A stretch of 64,000 nucleotides of DNA, taken from contig NC_068989.1 of assembly GCF_001194135.2 (NCBI RefSeq), forward strand, positions 12,726,177 to 12,790,176, in the 5' to 3' direction. The stretch's first letter is position 1; every line of letters begins with the position of its first letter. The translations under genes were made by a program, and so were the position numbers. Origin of the DNA: Octopus bimaculoides. Lineage: Eukaryota. A model generated the notes under the pieces. The model was given only the letters and a program-made list of their open reading frames with translations, did no database searches and was not told where the DNA came from. Positions 53,643 to 64,000 of this stretch are shown piece by piece.

Positions 53643-53800
53643 TATGGTTCAGTGGCTAGAGCATCGAGATGACAATCATAAGGTAGTGAGTTCGATTCCT
53701 GGGACGGGCTATATGTTGTGTTTTTGAGCAAGACACTATATTTCATGTTTCTTCAGTTCACCTAGCTATAGAAATGGCGTGGAGAGGGGAGACTGGTATG
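53643..53800 (+). mobile_element. SINE family C (tRNA head plus CORE-like segment)
   Basis: tggttcagtggctagagc..gagttcgattcctggg..gttgtgtttttgagcaagacactatatttcatg. Confidence 0.75.
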
Positions 53801-53876
53801 CATGGGCGACTGCTTATCTTCTATAAGCAACCTTGCACGAATTTTCTAGATACAATGCCATGGTTATTCATGACCG

Positions 53877-53909
<33 letters not shown>

Positions 53910-54875
53910 NNNNNNNNNNNNNNNNNNNNNNNNNNNNNNNNNNNNNNNNNNNNNNNNNNNNNNNNNNNNNNNNNNNNNNNNNNNNNNNNNNNNNNNNNNN
54001 NNNNNNNNNNNNNNNNNNNNNNNNNNNNNNNNNNNNNNNNNNNNNNNNNNNNNNNNNNNNNNNNNNNNNNNNNNNNNNTATATATATACATACATATACA
54101 TTTTGAGGATGTATCTTCCACTAATAAGAATCGAGATACCAACTGGCATTATCAAATGTATTGAAAGGAACTTCCTGAATATATATGTATAAACAGCCTA
54201 AGAAATTATAAACTATAACGTTCATAAAAGAAAATGGAGAAGAAAATATGTAATATATGCTTGGTTCATTTTATTTATATCACAATGGAAAAGTAATGCA
54301 AAGTAAATTTCTCAAATTAGTTATTTCGTAATTCAAGACAAGAAAATGTACACACTTTTCCCTGAAGAAACCCAGCAATATATCGTTTATTACATCGATA
54401 TTCATTCGAATGTTGATGATTCTACCAGCTCGCCGCCTTAGAGTGTGTAAAAATTGATTTGTAAAAAGTAGTTTGAACTGAGTTTTCTTCTAAAGCAACA
54501 ACGAACAAATGTAAATAAGAAAACCACTAGGATCCTTTCTGGAGAATTTTGGGCCTGAGGTTGCACACCCTAAACAAGTTTCCTTCCCGAATCAATACGT
54601 GTTTGGCGTGCATATGTATGCACATCACATTGACTTATGTGCACGTTCATGCCTCTGTTTGTGTAAATCAGTAACTGTTTGTGCATTCACACGTGTGAGT
54701 TTGTGTGTATGTATGCATATACATACGTAGATACTAAACAATACTGAAATGAACCGAAATCTGTGATTAAAATTTTATACTGTATTCGCATATTTACACT
54801 ATAGTCATGCAAGTACATGTGCCTGCGTGTGCGTGGTTATGTGTGCTTGTGTGTACGTAAGTCTCTATGTGTGCA

Positions 54876-54906
<31 letters not shown>

Positions 54907-57525
54907 AAGTTGATTCGACATGCACGTTGTTAATTGAAGACACAAACACACACGGACGGACACATAGGGCCGGGCTCACATATACATCTATACTCACATG
55001 TGCACGTGTGGACACTCACGCACACATATATACATACATACATGCTTTTATCTATATGAATATATATATATATATANNNNNNNNNNNNNNNNNNNNNNNN
55101 NNNNNNNNNNNNNNNNNNNNNNNNNNNNNNNNNNNNNNNNNNNNNNNNNNNNNNNNNNNNNNNNNNNNNNNNNNNNNNNNNNNNNNNNNNNNNNNNNNNN
55201 NNNNNNNNNNNNNNNNNNNNNNNNNNNNNNNNNNNNNNNNNNNNNNNNNNNNNNNNNNNNNNNNNNNNNNNNNNNNNNNNNNNNNNNNNNNNNNNNNNNN
55301 NNNNNNNNNNNNNNNNNNNNNNNNNNNNNNNNNNNNNNNNNNNNNNNNNNNNNNNNNNNNNNNNNNNNNNNNNNNNNNNNNNNNNNNNNNNNNNNNNNNN
55401 NNNNNNNNNNNNNNNNNNNNNNNNNNNNNNNNNNNNNNNNNNNNNNNNNNNNNNNNNNNNNNNNNNNNNNNNNNNNNNNNNNNNNNNNNNNNNNNNNNNN
55501 NNNNNNNNNNNNNNNNNNNNNNNNNNNNNNNNNNNNNNNNNNNNNNNNNNNNNNNNNNNNNNNNNNNNNNNNNNNNNNNNNNNNNNNNNNNNNNNNNNNN
55601 NNNNNNNNNNNNNNNNNNNNNNNNNNNNNNNNNNNNNNNNNNNNNNNNNNNNNNNNNNNNNNNNNNNNNNNNNNNNNNNNNNNNNNNNNNNNNNNNNNNN
55701 NNNNNNNNNNNNNNNNNNNNNNNNNNNNNNNNNNNNNNNNNNNNNNNNNNNNNNNNNNNNNNNNNNNNNNNNNNNNNNNNNNNNNNNNNNNNNNNNNNNN
55801 NNNNNNNNNNNNNNNNNNNNNNNNNNNNNNNNNNNNNNNNNNNNNNNNNNNNNNNNNNNNNNNNNNNNNNNNNNNNNNNNNNNNNNNNNNNNNNNNNNNN
55901 NNNNNNNNNNNNNNNNNNNNNNNNNNNNNNNNNNNNNNNNNNTATATATATATATATATATATTCTGTAGAATTTACTTTGACGAATAAAAGAATACAAG
56001 AATTGAAACAATTTTACCACCCACCTTTATTCTTGTATAGAAATTAAACGTCGCCTTGTGTCTTTATATTGTCTTATTAATAGGAAAATTAATAGGAAAA
56101 CTGATAACGGTAAATCGTGTTCTTACCGTTTGATGCAACACATGCAAGTGCGTATACACGCACGGGTAAACAAACCCATACGCTGACGCATTGAGAAAAG
56201 GATTTAATCATACACATAGTTATACATTCATTATAGCCTGTTGATTAACATTTCACGTTTAATATCACTGAGAACTGCAGATACAGTTAGCACCTGGTAA
56301 GATAGAATCATTTTGCTACTTCAGAACCTGCCTCTAGCAACTTCAACAGTGGGCGGAATTTCTTAAAAGGAACAAAAGCGTGTTGCCCTTCCTGCTTTCT
56401 ACCCCCAAAGCAACTTATTGAAGAATAATTCATCGCCAATCTCCTCTGCAAGATGCGGACAATTTATGCTTTATTTCTAAAATATTATTTTCGCTTCTTG
56501 TGAATATGTTTTTGTGTAAAATTCCTTACATTCAACAGGTATAAGAAGCAGTTCATCTTGCTGAGAGTAGCAGCAGCGGTAGCATCGGTGGCAAAAGAAA
56601 TACAGTAATGTCTCACAGTACGAGTTTAATTCGTTCCATCACTGAGCTCGTCTTACGATTTATTCGTTTTACAAATCAATTTTTCCCCATTGAATTTAAG
56701 TAAAATATAATTAAACCGTTCCAGCCCCGCAAAAACACGCAAAAATATTTTTTTATCGGTTATAACACAGAAAGGGTGTCGTTAGAAGTAAAATGACAAT
56801 TGTAAACAATAGAATGCAAAAGAAATATGTAAACTGAATTACCTTAAAGATGGGACCATTTGTGCGCTCGTACTGCAGAATTTCGCTCATACTTCAAGAC
56901 AAAATTTCGTACGAGTCTCGGCTCGAACAGCATACTACTCGTACAATGGTGTACTCGTACTGGGAGGTTCTACTGTAGATGTAGTAGTAATAGTAGCAGC
57001 AGCAGCAGTAGTAGTAGTAAGAAGTTATTGAAGAAGAAAAATTGAATACACTAGAGATAAATGTAATAGCTAAGATAATAGACAAATAAATGGTTGAAGA
57101 AAACAAGATCTCCTGCCCACTTCGCCCCCAAAACATATTCAACACGCTTTTTTTTTATGTCCGCCTCTTTACTACTGAGAACCCCAAATAGTTTGCACCG
57201 TTATACTTACTTCTTCACCGTTAATGGTTTTGGACAAGCTTCTAGCGGGACTACAAAATCAATGCTTGTGTTTAAAAGAAGTCAGCATTGTATATCTCAA
57301 ATTTATTATACGGGTAACAAAGTAGATCCTTTGCATTCAACATATCCCTAATATATTTAAAAATTTCACTGCTTAATAAAGTACGGAGGACCTTTATTTG
57401 GCTGCTCGATTTGCGACAAAGGCAACCAAATCTCCCTGATTCTGTATTACATCGTTTTAAACGATGAACGTGAGAAATAAAACATTATTTACATTTGATG
57501 GATATTTGTCCTCATCTTTGTTGTT

Positions 57526-57571
57526 AACACAACGTTTCGGCTGGTATACCCTCTAGCCTTCTTCAGGTCTC
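57526..57571 (-). ncRNA. Minimal type-I hammerhead ribozyme, core intact
   Basis: gagac CUGAAGA a GGCU agaggguauacc AGCC GAAAC GUU guguu; predicted cleavage after GUU, between 57531 and 57530. Confidence 0.65.
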
Positions 57572-57620
57572 TTGGGGAAAGTTCGAACCTGGGTTCTCAT
57601 TCGTTAGGTATTCTTCGATG

Positions 57621-57656
<36 letters not shown>

Positions 57657-57746
57657 TCACTACTTGGAATCGAACTCGGAATCTTGGGGTTAGTAGCCCG
57701 CGCTCTTAACCACTACGCCATATGCCCGTGGGGGAAATTTCCCCAA

Positions 57747-57792
57747 GACACCCGAAGAAGGCTGGAGGGTATATCAGCCGAAGCGTTGTGCT
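57747..57792 (+). ncRNA. Second hammerhead copy with a mutated core (probably inactive)
   Basis: gacac CCGAAGA a GGCUG gaggguauau CAGCC GAAGC GUU gugcu, carrying U4>C and A15.1>G. Confidence 0.55.
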
Positions 57793-57840
57793 AACAACAA
57801 ACAAGATGAGGACAAATATACGTCGAATGTAAATGATGTT

Positions 57841-58226
57841 TCAGTTCGGGCACTCCGTCGCTTACAACGTCGAGGGTTCCAGTTGATCCTATCAATGGAA
57901 CAGCCTGCTCGTGAAATTAACGTGCAAGTGGCTGAGCACTCCACAGACATGTGTACCCTTAACGTAGTTCTAGCGGATATTCAGCGTGACGCAGTGTGAC
58001 AAGGCTGACCCTTTGAATTACAGGCACAACAGAAGCAGGAAGTAAGAGTGAGAGAAAGTTGTGGTAAAAGAGTACAGCAGGGTTCACCACCATCCCCTGC
58101 CGGAGCTTCGTGGAGTTTTAGGTGTTTTCGCTCAATAAACACTCACAACGCCCGGTGTGGCAATCGAAACCGCGATCCTATGACCGCGGGTCCGCTGCCC
58201 TAACCACTGGACCATTACGCCTCCAC
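57841..58226 (-). mobile_element. SINE family D, full length, nested in the (AAATAATGT)n tail of the composite element
   Basis: Collinear with 31201-31580; gtaaat(g/a)atgt occurs on both sides. Confidence 0.9.
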
Positions 58227-58624
58227 GTAAATAATGTAAATAATGTAAATAATTCTTCATCTCTTAAATATAGGACTGTGAGAAATAAACGTTAGCAGTC
58301 AATGGAATATAACACCACTTATTCGTTCAACTCGCACTCGAATCTGTTGTCACCTACTGACTAGTCACAGGTTTAACGAGCATAAAATGTTCTACAGAAT
58401 CCACTGTCTAGCTCAACAAGACGCATTAGAAGAATTTGTGGGAAATACCATAAACACTTAAAAGTACGAAGACTCACATTTCAAAAATTCTCCCTCATAT
58501 AGAAAAGAAGGCAAAATAATACAAGAAAAAATTACTCCTGCATCTCAGACACGTAGCTGTATCTGGTGTCGCAGAGGTGTCTCAGATAAAAATGTTGGAA
58601 AATATGATGATTGTAGTCCATCGT

Positions 58625-59296
58625 TCTAATTTTGGCACAAGGCCAGGAATTTCGAGATGAGGTGAAAGTTGATGATATCGATCATGTTTTCAACTGTTAA
58701 TTATTTTATCGATCTCAGAAAGATAAAAGGCAAAGTCGACCGATACGTCATTTCACCTTAGAACGTTAAGCACCGGAAGAAATGCCGATACGCAGTTTTT
58801 CCGGTGAAGTAACAATTATACCATTTCAGTGCCTTTATGATTATAATCTTTTCTATTACATGCATAAGTCTTGACAATTTCGGGATGGGTGCTAATCGAT
58901 TACATCGACTCCAGTTCTCAACTGGTATTCTTTCATCGATCCCGCATGGATGAAACGCAAGGTCAACCGCGGCAGAATTTGATCTCAATGTAAGGACAGA
59001 CGAAATGCCTTTGAGCATTTTGTCCGGCACAGTAACGATTCTTCCAACTCGCCATGTTCCCTTATGATAATAATGATAATCCTTTCTAGTATAGGTACAA
59101 AGCTTGAAATCTTGGAGAAAGAGCCACTCAATTAAATCGACCCCAGTGCTCTACTAGTTATTATTTCATCGCCCCCAAAGTACAAGATAAAAGCAAAGTC
59201 AACCTCGTGAGAATTAGAACTAAGAATATAAAGGCAGGCGAAATATCGTGAAGCGTATTGTCCAGCGTGCTAGCGATTCTGCCACCACGCAACTTC

Positions 59297-59297
<1 letters not shown>
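58625..59297 (-). mobile_element. Three head-to-tail SINE family A copies (A2 tails)
   Basis: Units at ~58625-58820, ~58850-59055 and ~59080-59297 are separated by ATA/AAT-rich linkers and abut (AAT)n. Confidence 0.85.
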
Positions 59298-59338
<41 letters not shown>

Positions 59339-59396
59339 NNNNNNNNNNATAATAATAATAATAATAACAACAACAACAATAATAATAATAATAATA

Positions 59397-59947
59397 GATG
59401 CACAACCTGCAATGATTTTCATGGCGTTTGTTCTTAACTGATTGGAAGGGTTATTACGTACATTGCTTTGTCTTGGTATAAAACATGGGCTACAACAAAT
59501 ATTCTGCTGAATACCACAGATTTGCTTGTCAGTTGCTTGACCTTAACCGGTTGAGCATGTTACATATTGGCTGACGATATGCGCATCGCTGATCACTAGC
59601 AGGAGTAGTAGGAGAGCATCAGAGCCATGTGTTGAGAGGAAATCTTTGGGATTTGAATAATTCACTTCTGGAAACATCGACGTTTTGTTCATCATCCTTG
59701 AACAAACCCTATTCAGGGACCTTTTGAGCGGGATGGGCTACTCGACCTGAAAAAAAAAATTCTAACTGGGCCTCACCTGCAAGGTCATGCGCTCATTATC
59801 TTGATATGAGATCACTATGTCGCGCACATATGGTTGTGATGCATGTGCCTGATGTAACCTTAACAGACGGGTAGTCGTAATGGGTATACTGGGCTTCGTA
59901 TATTTAACCCCAGTGTCACTTTGATGGCATGCATTGCGCTCTCACTC
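59397..59947 (+). mobile_element. Element E: ~550-bp non-coding interspersed repeat embedded in (AAT)n on both sides
   Basis: The second partial copy is at 35570-35662. I saw no ORF, tRNA head or TIR. The orientation is assigned from the Dong junction only. Confidence 0.7.
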
Positions 59948-60200
<253 letters not shown>

Positions 60201-61304
60201 CCATTGCACCGTCTTAAAGAATGCATCATTATAAATATCGAATGAACTTTCAACAAAAGGAACTCTTTTCTTACCTGGAACGATTTCCCCCAAAACTAAT
60301 TCATTGAAACTAATGCTGAATAAGCTAGAAATCAATTTTATTAAAAAAGAAATCTGGAAGGTTAATGTGAAACACTTGTGAATCGCCACGAGTTAAACTA
60401 TATTCAAAAGTATCAGTATATAAACTAAACAATCTTGTAAAGAAATAGACAACAAAATATAGCTGAACAGTTCTGAACAATTGGGAGGCAGTGTTTTTAT
60501 TATAGTTTTTATAGTCACGTTCTCAGCAGGTTTGAGCGTGTCTATTTTACTACGAAGCACATTTACATCTTACTAAGGTGCATGTCACATTGACATCTTG
60601 GATATTTAAGATTTTTATTTGTATATTACATCCGTTTTTATTTTCATTGTAGGATTGTTATATTTCTGGTGGCATTACAGGTACCATGATATTATACATG
60701 TACTAATTTCTGGTTAAAGTGCATAAGATGTAAGTTACTTTCCTTTGTACATCAGATTAAGATATATTTTCATGAAAGGGAAACTTCCTTAAATTTTCCT
60801 ATCAGTTTCTTAGTATCGATCCTAAGTTATTTAATGAATGATCTGCAGAAATGAACATGTAAGTAAAATATGTATTTTCTCGAATCCGAAAACCAAGATC
60901 CTTTGGAAAACAAGATAAAAACTAAGACACCTGTGCACACACATACATATAGAGACTCCAACACGCGTACACTCACAATCTACATTCCGAGGAAATAGGG
61001 TTTCTCACAATAGCTCATATGGGATTCAGATATTACTAAACCCAAAGGCAGTAACTGAATACTGTAAAAAGAGGCATGAATTGATTACAATGAAGCTTTT
61101 GAGAGCGCTCACTACAGATAAATTATGAAAAATTAGTAACAAAAGCAAACAGTTACACCACGTGAGTCATGAGGAAACAAAAAAATATTAATTATTATAT
61201 TGATTTGGAGGATCGGAGGACTGACTAATTTCTTAGAACATCAGAAAACATTTGCATAATATTTTTCTCGTTCTATATGTTGTGGGCTTAAAACTTTTCG
61301 AGAT

Positions 61305-62040
61305 AAACTTTGCCTTTCTTTTTTTCGGGGTCGAAGTACATGTCAGCTTATATGGACTATGGGATATGCTAACCCACTCCTTTCAAAAGTGCTGGAATTG
61401 AGCCTGAATTAAAATCATTGTATTGATTCCATTAGAAAGATAGAATTATAAAACAGGATATCAATTCCTGTTAGAAGAAATTTTCAAGAGGAACAAATCT
61501 CTATTTATACTTTTACTTATCACCACTCTTCGGAAGCATGTTAAGTTAGAATAAAAGTTACTGAGTGCGATAATAATTGCCAGCCTCTGAAATCAGATGA
61601 TGAGTTCTAGGTGACAAGATGCTTATATCTTGCAATTTCAGTAAGGACTTAAGTCGTTAATTCACAATGGATAAAAGTCGTAAATTATTTATGAATATTA
61701 ATGAGATACAATGTAGTATATTATACAAAATCCAAATTGCATGACAGTAAATAAAAACATTAATTCCTTTTTTTTATTAGATGTTCTTGTATGGGGCAAT
61801 CAAACTTATCAGAGATTCAAAAATAAACTAGAAATTAACAAATTGTGCCACGCAGCCAATATATATCAAGGGACGCATATATCAAGGGACGCATGATATT
61901 TCTATCCTTTTAATGGAATCACTACAATGATTTATAATTCAGGCTCAATGCCTGCACTTTTGAAAGGAGTGGGTTAGCAGATTCCAGAGGTAATATAAGC
62001 TGACATGTACTCAACTCCGGAAAAAAGAAAGGCAAAATTT
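61305..62040. repeat. Inverted repeat with ~140-bp arms (61305-61445 and 61900-62040) and a ~450-bp spacer
   Basis: aaactttgcctttctttttt..gtacatgtcagcttata..gctaacccactcctttcaaaagtgc..gagcctgaatt..gattccatta..gatagaa is present in both orientations. Confidence 0.9.
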
Positions 62041-62399
62041 ATATAATATTCGCAGGTCATAGCTATCATTGCGTTGGTCAGTAACCGATTGTTACAACCG
62101 TATAGCTACTTCAAATAGCCCTTTAATTTTCTATATGCATGGTGTTTTCTTTCTGTTTTTCTTTTGCTTTATTCATGCGAATATTTATCGTTGTCCATTA
62201 CATGCCAGATGCAAGTATATTATGGGTTGTTGGAATGGATTCCATGCTTCGTGTAGGACGGTTGGTTACAAACTCAGAGAGCTATACCGAACGTAATTCT
62301 GCTTCTTTCGGGGGGAAATGGTTGTATATTTTTGCCAGGACAATATAGATGCATATATATATTTTTTTTCTATCAGAATTTCGAGAGGTCTTTATTTTC

Positions 62400-62930
62400 T
62401 ATCATTGTATATTTGATTCACACTTGTCTGCACAGTTTTAAATATTCGCATGTGAGTAGCTTTCGCGAAGTATTGAAGTATACGATTTTCTTTGAGACTA
62501 CTCTGGCTGCTATGTATATATTAGTTGATTTATCCTAGGTGATATTGATGCGCACATTTGTTTCCAGAACATCTATGATTGTAAAGTTCGCATGATTTTA
62601 TTTTTTGTTATTACGCTGCTACTTTATAGTCAGGTTTTATCTTTGGAATGCTTTTTCATTGATACATAAACATAGGTACATATATCGATTTTAATTCCTT
62701 TTACGATTTCTACCACCAGATTATTGACATATTGCACATTTCCACCTTTATAACGTTCTACTATTAATATTTTTTCTGGTGTTCACTAGCTTTCATATTT
62801 CTGGTTCAAATTCGACCTTTCTTGCTCAATATCCAGTAGATAAACTGGGGTTTGATTTTGATGCATATTGTAATGTCTGTAGTTCAACTTTCCTATATTC
62901 GTGATATAAGTCCTGAAGATTTTAATTTTT
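62400..62930 (-). pseudogene. Highly decayed Dong/R4-like C-terminal region (restriction-like endonuclease)
   Basis: Fragments LKSSGL.., QFIYWILSK, KPD..V....KSC....IDV resemble the R4/Dong C-terminus, but with many stops and frameshifts. Confidence 0.35.
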
Positions 62931-63244
62931 TTTATTTTCGTCATTTCTATTTGTGATATGAATTCTTTCGCTTGTTATACTATTCCCTAGAGTGTATTTT
63001 CTTAATGTGTCCTTTATTTCACGTGTTCTATTTCTATACCTGTTTATTCTTGTCTTTAAGTATGCATCAACTTCCTTTAGTAATTGTGTTGGGATCTAAA
63101 GTCACTTGAATAAACAATGTTATTTCTCAGCAGACATTATGTACATGTATGTTGTTATAGTTTCATTTTCGATGTAGAAATAGCAGTAAAATTAGGATGT
63201 TGTTTAGTGACGGACTGACTGATTCGCAAGTCCATTTAATAAAT

Positions 63245-63360
63245 TGGCTGTGGTAAGAAGCTTTCTTCCCAAGCGCATGGCTCAGGATTCAGTCCCACTC
63301 CGTAGCACCTCAGGCAAGTGTCTTCAACCATAGCCTCGGATCGACCAAAGCTTTGGTCGG

Positions 63361-63399
<39 letters not shown>

Positions 63400-63632
63400 C
63401 TCTCTCTCTCTCTCTNNNNNNNNNNNNNNNNNNNNNNNNNNNNNNNNNNNNNNNNNNNNNNNNNNNNNNNNNNNNNNNNNNNNNNNNNNNNNNNNNNNNG
63501 TGTGTATGTGTGTGTGTGTGCGTGCGCGCGCGCGCGTTTGTGTGTGTATGTGTGTCTATGTTTGTCCTCCCATCATCGCTTGATGATCAATGAGGGTGTG
63601 TTTATGTCACCATAACTTAGCGGTTCGGCAAA
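63245..63632 (+). mobile_element. SINE family B, internally rearranged and split by a gap
   Basis: ggctgtggtaagaagc..ttcagtcccactccgtagcacctcaggcaagtgtcttc..., with the 3' part continuing after the gap to gatagaataagta. Confidence 0.75.
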
Positions 63633-64000
63633 TACGACCGAAATACGATAGAATAAGTATTAGGCGTACAATTTCATTCGGCGTATAATTTCATTCAATC
63701 TTGTGCTTTTGTGACTTTAGAAGGTTCTTTGCTATCTTTTAAACTTCTTTTTTAAAAAGACACACGCACGCGCGCAACCACACATACACACACACACACA
63801 AAGCGAGCGTACACACAGGCGCATGCACACACACACAGGAACACACACACACACACTGTTATATATACTTTAGAAACCATTATTATCTTAGGTCGAAAGA
63901 ATATTATGTGCCCTCAAAACTGCTCAAAATAATAGTTATCTTCTTGAGTTTTTCGAACATATCTAATTCAGTTTTCCTATAAGCCACATCTGGCTTGCAA

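Larger units (their letters stand above)
57482..58277. mobile_element. Composite tRNA-headed, hammerhead-bearing element with inverted terminal duplication (Penelope-like architecture)
   Basis: Inverted arms at ~57483-57580 and ~57737-57840. A tRNA-like head lies on the minus strand at ~57655-57727. The 12-bp direct repeat gtgagaaataaa occurs at 57470-57481 and 58278-58289. A family D SINE is nested in the right tail. Confidence 0.8.

Noticed and set aside
2812-56047. Long ORFs in the track that contain X runs (e.g. 13368-14663, 54867-55970)
   Set aside because: They are open only because they cross N gaps and (TA)n/(CA)n repeats.
56610-56965. Recurring CTCGTAC/GTACGAG motifs
   Set aside because: They may be a decayed DNA-transposon end, but I could define no termini or TSD.
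57655-57727. tRNA gene call (ACT anticodon)
   Set aside because: It has A and B boxes but a broken anticodon stem, no acceptor-stem partner and it runs into (AAT)n. It is a SINE-type head, not a tRNA; the same applies to the heads of families A-D.
59640-59900. HDV-like or hammerhead ribozyme within element E
   Set aside because: gggctactcgacc resembles an HDV L3 loop, but I could not build P1/P3/P1.1 on either strand, and there is no CUGANGA..GAAA pair.
60273-60345. Minus-strand donor cag|GTAAGA with an upstream open frame (..ISFNELVLGEIVPG)
   Set aside because: There are several competing weak acceptors, the peptide is unrecognised and no linked exon was found.

Overview
This is AT-rich eukaryotic DNA from a gapped short-read draft assembly, with 17 N-gaps totalling about 6 kb, nearly all bounded by (TA)n, (CA)n or (GA)n. 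The repeat families resemble those I recall from Octopus (coleoid cephalopod); that assignment is an inference from memory, not a search result. I recognise no conserved cellular protein-coding gene, only weak candidate exons. The window is an intergenic or intronic mosaic of microsatellites, at least four tRNA-derived SINE families, decayed LINEs (Dong/R4, CR1-group, RTE), mariner remnants and several MITEs. The most interesting object is at 57,470-58,289. It is a composite bounded by a 12-bp direct repeat (probable TSD), in which a tRNA-like Pol III head leads into a minimal hammerhead ribozyme and the ribozyme-bearing terminus is duplicated in inverted orientation, as in Penelope-like elements. 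Two further hammerhead-like motifs, a putative Dong-associated (TAA)n-targeted element and a SINE family with two alternative tails and insertion modes are also flagged. All alignments and folds were done by eye, so boundaries are approximate.
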